Assembly: GCA_030704615.1 (NCBI GenBank)
Contig: CM060733.1
Location: 6,324,001-6,388,000 of the forward strand
DNA: 64,000 nucleotides
Origin: Takakia lepidozioides
Lineage: Eukaryota; Plantae; Bryophyta
Direction: 5' to 3'
Within the stretch, counting starts at the first letter, position 1; each line of letters starts with the position of its first letter. The notes under the pieces were generated by a model, which saw only the letters and a program-made list of their open reading frames with translations, made no database searches and had not been told where the DNA came from. Position numbers and translations under genes: made by a program. Below are positions 34,501 through 45,711 of the stretch, one piece after another.

Positions 34501-36849
34501 TTTTTCCTCTCTCTTTTTGTTCATGGTTTCAACTTGGCCAATTTTCTTTTGTTATAATCTACGAAATGGAACGGTCGAAAGTGCTACAATTTTCTGAGGA
34601 CCTTCATGTAGTAGGTAGGGATGAAATGGAACGGTTCATCCAGCTGGATGTAAGGGGGTAGGAAGTTACAGCTGAGCAATGGAGGGTACGGCTCACTTTT
34701 TGGGAGACCTCCCAAAAGTTAGCTCGCCCTTTAGGGATTAATCCACCACCTCCAGTCGTTTTGTAGCATTTTGCAAGAGCAATCGAAGCAAAAGAAGAAT
34801 CCTCACCGAATTAACTCTTCATGGGGAAGAAACACATTCCTTTCGTTTGTGAGAAGGACTTTGGAAGACGATGTGGTGTGGAGTGAGCATCCTCAGATTG
34901 CTGGATTCTCCCCTAACCCACGGCCTAATTCCCCGAGTGAAAGCGAAAGAGAAGACATGGATATGAATTGGAGGCTCCGCAAAAACATAGACACAAAGAT
35001 GAAGGCTCAATTGAATTTCGAGCATCTGAGGAGGAAGCGCTGATTCCCCCATATGCCCTCTGGCTTTGCAGCTCTTTCGCGACCCTGAGTAGCTCTAAGT
35101 CTTTCTGCTAAATGTTTAGCAAGCGAAGATGAGTGACGCATAGGACTGTGAGGAGATGACGGACAGGTGCTTTTTGACATGTGCTGGGGAGTGCAGCGGC
35201 AAGCTGCGAGAGCGGAAAGTACACAAGGAACGAGACGTAAAAATAGCAGCAGCGATTCATAGTTCACAGCTATGCGTGATCCTTGAAGCTGGATGATGGT
35301 TTCCCAGGTATAGAGCAGCTGCCGTTGCAATCGTTTCTTGCATCGGGGTTGCAACCACGGACCAAAACACATCTGTCTGCCCCACTCACTGGCGGTGATG
35401 GCAGCGCCTTCTGCCGTTCTCCTGACCGCGCATGCCGACTCCATACCCAAGCCCCTGTCCTCTCGCTTCGATCATGCAAGAGGCCCCGCGTCATGCAGCG
35501 AATTAAGGGGCTGGACTGTGGAGCTGAAAGCGGCATCCCACTTGGCAATGCACAGAGGACGGAGTCCCTTGCATGCAGTTGCTGTGGAGTCTGGCCCACC
35601 TTCAGGGATGCCATTAAAATTAGGTGAAAACGCGAAACACTTTTGGGTTTCATTTCTTCGGCTTGCTGTGTTGTATGTGCCGTAGAATCGAGACTTGGAA
35701 TTGTCTTTTGAACAATTGAGCAGAAACGAATCGTACTCTGGGCAAAGAAAGAAAGCCCACGGAATAGTTAGACAAGGCCGATAATTGGTATGTCTGGCAC
35801 GCAGGTCGACGCTGGAGCATGGAACAGCGCTGGCAGGATTTTTCTGAAGATCCTTCACAATGGGGGGACTGCAGCATTGACAAGGTATGCTTTCTTCATG
35901 TAGGATGTGAGGGAGTCTGAGGAATTTGACTGAACTCTTGTATTGTGACTTGTGTTGATTGAAATGTACCCCTCGTTGATGCTGGCATTACTTTTCTAAT
36001 GATCCTTCACAATGTAGGACAACTGCAATGGCAAACTGCTGCTCTCTTTATGTACGATGTGATGAAGTTTGTCTGTTCTGCAAAAGTGGGTTCTTCCTGT
36101 CAGTATCATGATTTGTTCTTTCTCCTGGTGTTTACAAGGTACTTGGTGGGCCCAGCGTGGTCTTACGAGGCCGTGTTTAAATCTATTTAGCTGCACTGTG
36201 GTGGTTCTCACAGACCAATCCGAGATCACCGAACTATAGACACAAGGAATGCAAACAAGAAGTCCTTTGGGTTGATGCTTGGTTTAGTCCTCCTTGGGTG
36301 AAAAAAATGCCAGGTGCTTTCATGACACAAGGTCAAGGACAATGTGGTGAGGACACCTTCTTCAACACATTTCACCATGTTTTTCCCTCTTATCAGGTCG
36401 CCCCTTTCTTTTCATGTTGAGTACTTCAAGCTAGCTTGTTGGGTGGATCTATGGTGGTTTTGAGTGATGTTGACATGTTACTGCCAATGTTGCAACAGGC
36501 ATTTATCCAAAATCAGAAAACAGAGACGCCGAGAAGCTTTGGAAGGCATATTTTTCAGATCCCAGTCAATGGTGGGACGATCGAGGCAAAAAGGTGAATG
36601 TTAGATCACAGAGTGAAGCAGAGAACAAGATGCATCACAAAGCTTTCCTGGAAGTTGTCATACTTTCTCTCTGCCCAGCACATTTTGATTGTCTTGGGGA
36701 GTAATTCAGCAATGGAACTAGTCTGTGATGAGCAGGGTTGGGTGTTTGCTAGAACAAATCTAGGTTGTCATTGTCAGCTGCTAGCAGCAAGGTGAGGTTC
36801 TGTACATCATTGGTGCCGAGGCGGCGATAGCTGAAAGAGCAGGGATGCA

Positions 36850-39780
36850 GTGTGGGTCCAGATTCATCCGAGAGGGCCGGATTTCAAGCACAAGATTACC
36901 CATGATTCCCTGTTTGATAGCTACAAGAAACCTGTGTGGGTAGATGGGCAACTACAAGCAGCTGCAGCGTCACAGTTCATAAAATCAGGCACCTCCAAAA
37001 TGACGACAGCTTCCGGAAAGGGACCAAGAGAGGGAATCCACAATGCCTCTTCTGGCACTTCTGGGGATGTAAGGACGCTATGTGACGCAGGGCGACTGAA
37101 AGAGGCTCTACAGAGTTTAAACCAAGAAGGCATGTCAGCTGATTCAGATACTTATGTCTGTCTCTTGCATAAGTGCATCAAGATGAAAGCACTGGAAGCT
37201 GGAAAGCAGGTGCATGCTCACATTATCCAAAGTGGATTCAAGCCAAACGTTTTCCTACACAACATGCTTGTGAACATGTATGTTAAGTGTGGGAGCATTG
37301 TGGATGCACACCATGTGTTCAACAAAATGCCTGAACGAGGTTTGATCACATGGAATACAATGATGGCAGGATTTACCAAGCATGGGTGTGGTAAGAATGC
37401 CTTGGCGACTTATGAGCAAATGATGCAGGAAGGGGTGAAGCCGGACCGGGTCACGTTCGTTTGCATTTGCAATGCATTTGCGAGCCCGGCAGACCTGGAA
37501 AAGGGCAAAGAGGTCCATGCTGACATAGTCAATGCTGGAATTGTACCAGATGTCATTCTGAACACTGCCTTGATGAAAATGTATGTCAAATGTGGAAGCA
37601 TCAAGAATGCAAAGGGTGTGTTTGACAATATGGCCGATCGAGATGTGGTGTCATGGAACTCGATGATCACAGGATATGCCCACCATGGGTGTGGGATGGA
37701 GGCTTTGGAGACCTATGAACAAATGATGCAGGAAGGGGTGCAGCCAGACCGGGTCACATTCATTTGCATTTGCAATGCATGTGCAAGCCTGGCAGCCCTG
37801 GAAAAGGGCAAGGAGGTCCATGGTTGCATCATCAAAGCTGAAATTGTACCAGATGTCATTCTGAACACCGCCCTCGTGGACATGTATGCAAAATGTGGCA
37901 GCATTGAGGACGCAAAGGGAGTGTTTGATAATATGGCTGAACGAAATGTGGTGTCCTGGAACGCTATGATTGCAGGATATGCCCAGCATGGGTGTGGAAA
38001 AGAGGCTTTGGAGACCTATGAACAAATGATGGAGGAAGGGGTGAAGCTGGACGGAGTCACGTTTGTTTGCGTTTGCAATGCTTGTGCGAGTCTAGCAGAC
38101 CTGGAAAAGGGCAAAGAGGTCCATTGTGACATCATCAGAGCTGGAATTGTACGGGATGCCATCCTGAACACTTCCCTGATGAGAATGTATGTCAAATGTG
38201 GCAGCATCGAGGATGCAAAGGGAGTGTTCGACAATATGGCTGAACGAGATGTGGTGTCATGGAACGCGATGATTGCAGGATATGCACAGGATGGCCGCGG
38301 GATGGAGGCTTTGAAGACCTATGAGCAAATGATGCAGGAAGGGGTGAAGCCCGACCACGTCACGTTCGTGTGCGTTTGCAATGCGTGTGCGAGCCTGGCA
38401 GCGCTCGAAAGGGGAAAGGAAGTCCATGGTAACATCATCCAAGCTGGAATTGCACCAGATGTCATTCTGAACACTGCCCTCGTGAACATGTATGCCAAAT
38501 GCGGCAGCATTCAAGATGCAAAGGGAGTGTTCAACCATATGGCCGATCGAGATGTGGTGTCATGGACTGCAATGATTGCAGGGTATGCACAGCATGGGTG
38601 TGGGATGGAGGCTTTGGAGACCTATGAGCAAATGATGCGGGAAGGAGTGGTGCCCGACCGGGTCACGTTCATTTGTGCTTGCAATGCGTGTGCAAGCCTG
38701 GCAGCCCTGGAAAAGGGCAAAGAGGTCCATGGTGACATCATCAAAGCTGGAATCGTTCCAGATGTCATTTTGAACAGTACCCTTGTGGACATGTACGCCA
38801 AATGCGGCAGCATCGAGGATGCAAAGGGAGTGTTTGATCATATGGCCGAACGGAATGTGGTGTCCTGGAATGTGATGATCGCAGGATATGCCCAGCATGG
38901 TTATGATATGGAGGCCCTGCAACTATTGGACAAAATGCAAGTGGAAGGTTTGAAGCTGGACGGTATCACTTTTCTTTGTGTTCTCTCTGCATGTAGCCAT
39001 TCTGGCCTAGTGGATGAAGGTAGATACTTCTTTGACTCCCTGAGTCAAGACCATGGCATCACTCCAGCACTGGAGCACTTTGGCTGCATGGTGGACCTTC
39101 TTGGCCGTGTGGGGCGGTTGGATGAGGCAGAGGACTTCATTAACAAAATGCCAATCAAACCAAATGCTGTGGTGTGGGGGGCCTTGCTTGGTGCCTGCAG
39201 GATCCATTGCAATGTGGAGATGGCTGAACGTGCGGCAACATCTCTTTTCAAGTGGGATGAACAGGATGCTGCGACCTATGTGTTGCTTTCAAACATTTAT
39301 GCTGCAGCTGGCAGGTGGGAGGATAGTGCAAAGGTGAGAAAAATGATGAAGGTCAGAGGTGTTAGAAAGGAGCCAGGTCGCTGCTGGATTGAGGTCGGCA
39401 ACAGGGTGCACAGCTTTGTCGTAGGTGAGAAATTGCATCCCAAACTTGAGGAAATCCATGCTGAACTGAGAAGATTGTCTGGGCAGATGAAGGAGGCAGG
39501 GTATGTGCCTGACACGCGCTTTGTATTGCATGATGTTGGGGAAGAGCAAAAGTTATTTTCTCTTTGCCACCACAGTGAGAAGTTGGCCATTGCTTTTGGG
39601 CTGATCAGCACCTCCCCTGGGACGCCTCTCCGTGTCATCAAGAATCTTCGGGTGTGTGGTGACTGCCACACTGCCACCAAGTTCATCTCAAAGATTGTTG
39701 GCCGAGCAATTGTTGTTCGGGACGCTAACCGCTTTCACCACTTTGAAGATGGGATTTGTTCTTGTGGGGATTACTGGTGA
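36850..39780 (+). CDS. PLS-class pentatricopeptide repeat protein with E1/E2/DYW deaminase (organellar C-to-U RNA editing factor)
   Basis: About 20 P/L/S motifs in 101-aa triplets, PG box KEPGRCW, HSEKLA, CGDCH, terminal CSCGDYW; intact ORF. True start uncertain (first in-frame ATG at 37000, or an upstream exon). Confidence 0.97.
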   Translation: MWVQIHPRGPDFKHKITHDSLFDSYKKPVWVDGQLQAAAASQFIKSGTSKMTTASGKGPREGIHNASSGTSGDVRTLCDAGRLKEALQSLNQEGMSADSDTYVCLLHKCIKMKALEAGKQVHAHIIQSGFKPNVFLHNMLVNMYVKCGSIVDAHHVFNKMPERGLITWNTMMAGFTKHGCGKNALATYEQMMQEGVKPDRVTFVCICNAFASPADLEKGKEVHADIVNAGIVPDVILNTALMKMYVKCGSIKNAKGVFDNMADRDVVSWNSMITGYAHHGCGMEALETYEQMMQEGVQPDRVTFICICNACASLAALEKGKEVHGCIIKAEIVPDVILNTALVDMYAKCGSIEDAKGVFDNMAERNVVSWNAMIAGYAQHGCGKEALETYEQMMEEGVKLDGVTFVCVCNACASLADLEKGKEVHCDIIRAGIVRDAILNTSLMRMYVKCGSIEDAKGVFDNMAERDVVSWNAMIAGYAQDGRGMEALKTYEQMMQEGVKPDHVTFVCVCNACASLAALERGKEVHGNIIQAGIAPDVILNTALVNMYAKCGSIQDAKGVFNHMADRDVVSWTAMIAGYAQHGCGMEALETYEQMMREGVVPDRVTFICACNACASLAALEKGKEVHGDIIKAGIVPDVILNSTLVDMYAKCGSIEDAKGVFDHMAERNVVSWNVMIAGYAQHGYDMEALQLLDKMQVEGLKLDGITFLCVLSACSHSGLVDEGRYFFDSLSQDHGITPALEHFGCMVDLLGRVGRLDEAEDFINKMPIKPNAVVWGALLGACRIHCNVEMAERAATSLFKWDEQDAATYVLLSNIYAAAGRWEDSAKVRKMMKVRGVRKEPGRCWIEVGNRVHSFVVGEKLHPKLEEIHAELRRLSGQMKEAGYVPDTRFVLHDVGEEQKLFSLCHHSEKLAIAFGLISTSPGTPLRVIKNLRVCGDCHTATKFISKIVGRAIVVRDANRFHHFEDGICSCGDYW

Positions 39781-42700
39781 AACGATGTTTTCCTGGAAAG
39801 GTGCAAGTGTCTTGCATCATTCATGGATCTGCATAGCTGCTTGGTTCATCCACTATTTCCGGAGAATTTGGTGATGATGTACGGTTGAGGCCATTTCCTG
39901 TGGCATATTAACCTTCCAATAGCCAGAAGTTGGCCTATGCGGCATAGATGGAAAGTCAGCCCATAATTGCACTTGACTGGAGCAGTGAAGGAGGATTTTG
40001 ACCTACTCTGGTGGTAGTGGAAGGAAATCAGAGCGCTCTGGCGGAGCTTGTCCAAAGGTTAAAGATAAAAGTGAATAAGATTCATAATGAGCTTGATTGG
40101 AGGGTCAGCCTTGTGCACAAGTTTGTTCAGCATCTAATCTGGACATGTTTGTGTGTTTCTAAGTGTCACTGCAGATAGAGCCCTTGACTGACTTGCATGA
40201 ATGTTCTCAAAAGCTAGCCATATGCTGCAAGACAGTCCACAGAAAAATTTAGTGGTAGATAGTGGGTTCAAAACGATGGACTGAAATCGTCCAAGTATCT
40301 CAGAGCCTCCAACAGGACTGCATCACTTTGACTCTGAAAACTCTGAAATCCGAAATCAGACAGACCCTACAGAAGGGAGATCACTGTGTCCAGGCTCGCA
40401 CTCGACCAGTAAGAAGGCCACAGGAGGCACCTGAAACAGAGAGGGGAAGGGACAACGAGGAAACGAAGAGTATCCTCACAAGGAGACTTCAAAGGCTCAA
40501 AGGCTCAAAGTTCGGATGAGCTTTAATGTTTACTGTTCCAAAACTTACTATGATGTTGATTGATATTGAAATCATTGCCCTCGATCCCAGAGTTTCTCAC
40601 ACCAGGTCAGTTTTCTGTATAGTCTGCTGGTCCAGTCAGTCTGGCTGTCACCCTGGCTACCTGTATCAAAGTTGCCAAGCTTGCAAGATATATAGGCTGC
40701 AGGCTTAAGAAAAAAGGTTGTGTCCAGAGGGTTGAACACTGTCATGAGAGGGCAACCTGCATAGCCAGAAGGGTAACCTGCAAAGCCCTTCTGGAAATAG
40801 TGTGCCAGTTGCCAAGTTGCCAAGTACCCATCACTGTTTCCGCCGGAGAGCCTCAAAATTGAAGTGAGCTCGCACCTTAGAGTCTCTGTTTTTGCAGTGT
40901 CTCCAATGTGATGGGCGAAGACCAGTGATAGTACTTGGATATTCAAAATGCTTTACACTAAGCATCCACTGTAGTTCAAGTTGCGCGGGGGGGGACTAAC
41001 TGGTATGATCGCCATGAACGCCTATGGCGGTCCCTCTGTCAAATTCCCAGCCCCTGTCATGTCATGTCCTGTCCACAGCTGCCATCCCTGCCTTCAGGGT
41101 CCCCACCTCCTCCCCCCCAACGCCTTTCAAGGTGATATTGAGGTAATTATCTTCTTAGTCACAACCCACCAATGCATCACAACATAGAACACTGGGGTGG
41201 CGAAGGTGGTCTCAAACATCATTTTTGCCATCCATGGATCGTTGCTTCTTTTGTGTTCAGTTTGTCTCGTGTCACACAAGAGAAACAGCCCTGGAGTTCA
41301 ATTATAGGAAATCCAGATACAGGGTGCTCATCTGGTCTCCTGACTACTGGGGTCACATGTAAACCCAATCGGCAAATCACTTCCGGAAATTGGAGCACAC
41401 TTGGGTGCTTATATTGGTTGTGTGAATTATGTGTATGACTTTGAGGAGGAGGTCGGTTCCAGACTAGCGACCCGACAACCATTGGACAGCCTTTTCAAAC
41501 CAAAAGGTGGACAAGAATGGTGCAAGTGGACAAAATCAAACCATGAGTATCTCTCTTTCTTTGTTCACGATTTCTTGTTCATGGTACCGCACACGGTCAT
41601 GGAGCCATCAGAAAGAGCTCTCCTTGTAACACTTGCTCTTTAGATTTTACTGTCATGAAGGTCAAGTTGGCTTTGGGAAATTGATTTGCAAAAATGTCAT
41701 GCACCTGGAGATAAGTCTTCATGATTCATGGCTTTACACTACAGAAGAGGCTACTACAGAGCAAGGTGGGCGGAGATGGAGCCATAACAAAGAGGCGGAG
41801 AGAGCCGTCCACATGCCTCGGTTTTGTCCACTCGAGAAGATTTGTGGCAAGCTACTACCATGGCCCTACATTTGTTGTGCTTTGTCCGCTGATGCGGCAA
41901 ATATAGAACGATGGTAGGGCATGTTGGAGCGCTGGACAAAGTCATGTCTGAAAGCGTATAGTGGACAACACCCGATTTTCAACCGATCAGAGAGCTTAGT
42001 CGTTTGTGGGCGGGTCGTTAGTCTGGAACCTCTCTCAGTGTAGTGGACATTTTCATGTTAGGGATAAGGGTGTGCCACGGATAGTGGTTATGATGCCTGA
42101 AAATGCTACAATCTCCATCAAACTCCCCACTTTGGATGGTTCTTGTAGCACAAAGAAGATTTCATGCTAAGCGTTGTCTATTTCCATTGCAATGGGGAGG
42201 GACACATGAAGGCAGAGGTGTCGGCATCTGAAAATGAGCTAAACCTGCAACTACTGCTGCTCCTCTAAGGTTGTCATCCCCGACTCTCTCCCCTATCTGC
42301 TCCACAGTGGTCAGCACTAAAGCACACTCGACTTCTCCTTCTCTAACCCTTAGACATGTTGTGAAGAAACGACGTTTCTTGGTCTGTTCTGAGGTGGATG
42401 TAGCAAACTCGAACTTCGGAGCAAAGGTTGAAAATGAAGGCCCGCGAAATCTCATTCTCCACTCAGCTCTCCAAAGAGTCCTCGCACTCCCGCACCAGCC
42501 ACTTTCTCTCTCTTTCAGAACTCAGATAGCAATCTGAATGGTTGCTTCTTTTCAAATGTCTCTCCTTACGCTCCTTTGCAAACTTGCCTTTCACGGATTG
42601 GGCTCCAGACCCTGGTGATCCGCGACTCAGCCAAGTGGCCATCACTGTAACTCCAATAATCTACTCCTTGTTTGATTCGGTCCCTAAGCTGTTTTTAACT

Positions 42701-43039
42701 GTTGGATTTGCAGGTTTTTAAAGCTCCAAGGTTGCTGACATTGAGGCCTCAGTCTTTGTCAACAAGAATTGAGATGGTGCTGGCACTTACAGGAACCATG
42801 TTTCTGCTCTCTACTAAACCAGTCTTTGATTTTTCAGTCATCACAAGACTTATTACATTGGACTCTCTGAATGCCATCATATCCATCACCGCCATTATCA
42901 CCAACAAACGCAAACTCAAACACGTCCCACCAAACTAGCCCTTTTAACCCAAAATGGGGATAAATGGGCATTACCTATCCCGGCTCTGAGATACTTAGAG
43001 TCATCTCTATACTTAAGAGTCATCTCTATGTCTGTCGCT

Positions 43040-43500
43040 ATATTGGATGTCACCCATTATAGCCAACAAGGGGGGTCCTAGCTCAATTGGTTACAAGTGT
43101 GGTACTGGAAAGACTTTTGAGTTGTTGGGGAGTTGCCCTGGTTATGGCATGTCCCCACCTTCCATACTAAAGGCAGTAGTAGAGTGAAGTGACATATACC
43201 ATAAGTTAGGTCTACTTTGGTAGGAGTCTTCGGAATTGAGTTCCACAATATATATGTATGGCGCCCGCCGAAGCTAACTTAGCGTAAATAAGAGCCTCTT
43301 CCCCATATGGGTACTGCCCCTTTTGGGGGTGACATTCCGCAACTTTTAGGCTTTTGTAGGTTGTGCAAGCTCCAGTTAGATCTCACAGATATCCACCAAG
43401 AATCCATGGCGTTTGTCAGCAACACTCGAAAGAAGATTGTCTTTAGCTATTCATCATTTGAGCAATAACAGACATAGAAAACGTCGGTGTCGGACCTCAA
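43040..43500 (-). mobile_element. Possible highly decayed LINE endonuclease fragment
   Basis: Minus-strand fragments ..RPNLW.. and CWLIMGD, with many stops. Confidence 0.25.
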
Positions 43501-45711
43501 GTCGCCAAAGATTGCTTACATTGAAAGACATCCCATCTAAGTAATAATAATAGAAAGCATATAAAAAAATGAGCTGGAAATGCACACATGATGCTCCACT
43601 GCGTATCATATGAGCTGCCAAAATGTGGTGGTGGTGGACTCATTTCAGGTTTAGGCGGGTGGATGGATGGTTTCGACATGGCCTCTCAATGAAAAACTCC
43701 CAGCCCATGTGGCAGTTCTGGATGCACATGTGGCAATTTTGAGCGGCCAAAACCGAGAACACAGTTTTTACTCATCCCAAGAAAGTTTGTTTCAGCCTCT
43801 CAACAAGCGATGTTGACCGCTAGTTTGATGGTGTGTCTAAATTGGGCCTCACACTCCCACACCAACCTTGCCACGGTCCGGGTCAACCAGTACAACATCT
43901 TCTCTCCCTCTCCCTTCAATACTGTGTGTGACTGGTAACTGTGGCTCCACACGCACCACAACATGAATGTCACACACGTGATGAGTAGACACGATGTGGA
44001 TTGACGATCCTTGTTATGCACACAATCTAGCATACACATATCCATTTTGTAAAGGGCAGCTGGGTCCAATCCAAGCAATTCATTGGTCGAGAAGCAAGAT
44101 CGGTTGAACTCGGTTTTTTCCTAGAGAGAGACAGAAGACTCCGGCCAAAGCCACCGTACACGATTGTTCCACTCTTTGTGTCGAATGCGTGCTCCAACTT
44201 GAGGTTCTCTCGACTTTGAAGGCCGTGCACAAAAGATTATTCCATACTCGGCTGCTTGTCTTCTCCATCTCTCCCCTCGACGACCACTCTAACTTACTCT
44301 CTCTCTCCCTCCTGCTTTACGCGGACGTTATAAAGTACCATTCATTCATCTCCTGCTCTCGAACTGTGTGCAAGCAGGGAATGGGCCATTCTCTCCTACA
44401 GCAAATGTACTGCATAATCACAAGCCTTGTAGGGAGGGATGCAGCAATTTCTTTCCCGCCCACCTTATAAATCGATAAACGGAATGGCAGACGTTCATCT
44501 CTTTCCCCACCCGCGTTGAAGTAGAACCTGGATCCATGTGCGAGGCAAAACAGGAAGCTCAACACTCGAGTCTCGGCCTGTTTTCTTCATGTGCTGCAAG
44601 CATGATGAGCTAAGTTAGCTCCTCGTAGACTTGCTGGATCTGTGAACTACTGCATTCGACAATAATCTCTCGAAAACATGGAATCCCTCGGGCCTCTTCA
44701 ACCGTGTGTTAGTGTACAAAGTAAAATTCTTTCGCCATCGAATCAGTCTGCATGATGTGAAAAGTAATAGTGGAGCTGCGTACTAGTAAGTTACTTAAAG
44801 TCTGAGCAGACACGTGTGGGACCCTCCACCGTCCATGGGCTGAGCACGGGCCCATCGGGAGCGTTGATGGGCGGCCGTAGCACGGCAGTGCAGGGTTAGT
44901 TTCATAAAGAAAGGTTGATAAGACTCGAGTGATTTCGTGATTAGTAAGTGATTAGTTGGTAATTAGTGAGGGATTAGTGAGAGGACTGTGGAACAGAAAC
45001 GAGGGCAGGGATTGGGGGGTTAGTGAGGAGATTGGGCGACAAGAGGCGTTAATCACAGTGGGTTAGACTAAACCCTCCCGCGCTTGAAGTCTTTTAAAGC
45101 TTGCATCAAGAAACCATGGCTGCCATCGCCTGGATCGCTGCAATCACCTTCTGCGCATGCTGCACAGATCCGTGCTGCTGAGATTGCTGGTCTGTGCTTA
45201 TGCTCGGAGGGACGGCATTGTGTTCTTTCTCCCGTAGTCACCTCGTTTGTGGGATAGTACTGCAGAGATCCGTGGTTGTGAGGCTTCTTGTGGACAGACT
45301 GGTGGTTCTTGTGCTCCGCCTGCTTGGATGGCATCGTCGTTGCTCGGCTTTTTTCCTTATTGCGGAATGAATGCAGATGGCAGGATGGTGTGGAAGGAGA
45401 GTTGTGGCGGGAGTCGTGAGAGAAAGCAAGACGAGTAATTTTCTTGTTTGCTTTCTTGGGGAGCCGCTTGCGAGGATGTTTGAGCTCAGTGGACTCTGGC
45501 GGAGCTTCTGTAGTGGTTTGAACAATTGAGGACGTGTTGTGAGGCAGCCGAAGACTGATCTTTGTCACGGTTCTTTTGTGGTGAGGAAAGATCAAAGATT
45601 TTTGGACGCGGGTAGAAGTGAACAGTTCGAGGCACTCGGGGTCCAGCTCCTTTATCGATCGACGGCTCGGTGACAGCAGACGGTGTGCTCGTGACTCAAA
45701 GTTGGGATCCG

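Noticed and set aside
35007-35883. Overlapping 80-150 aa ORFs upstream of the PPR gene
   Set aside because: No recognisable motif; may be 5' UTR or transit-peptide exons, but no convincing splice model could be built.
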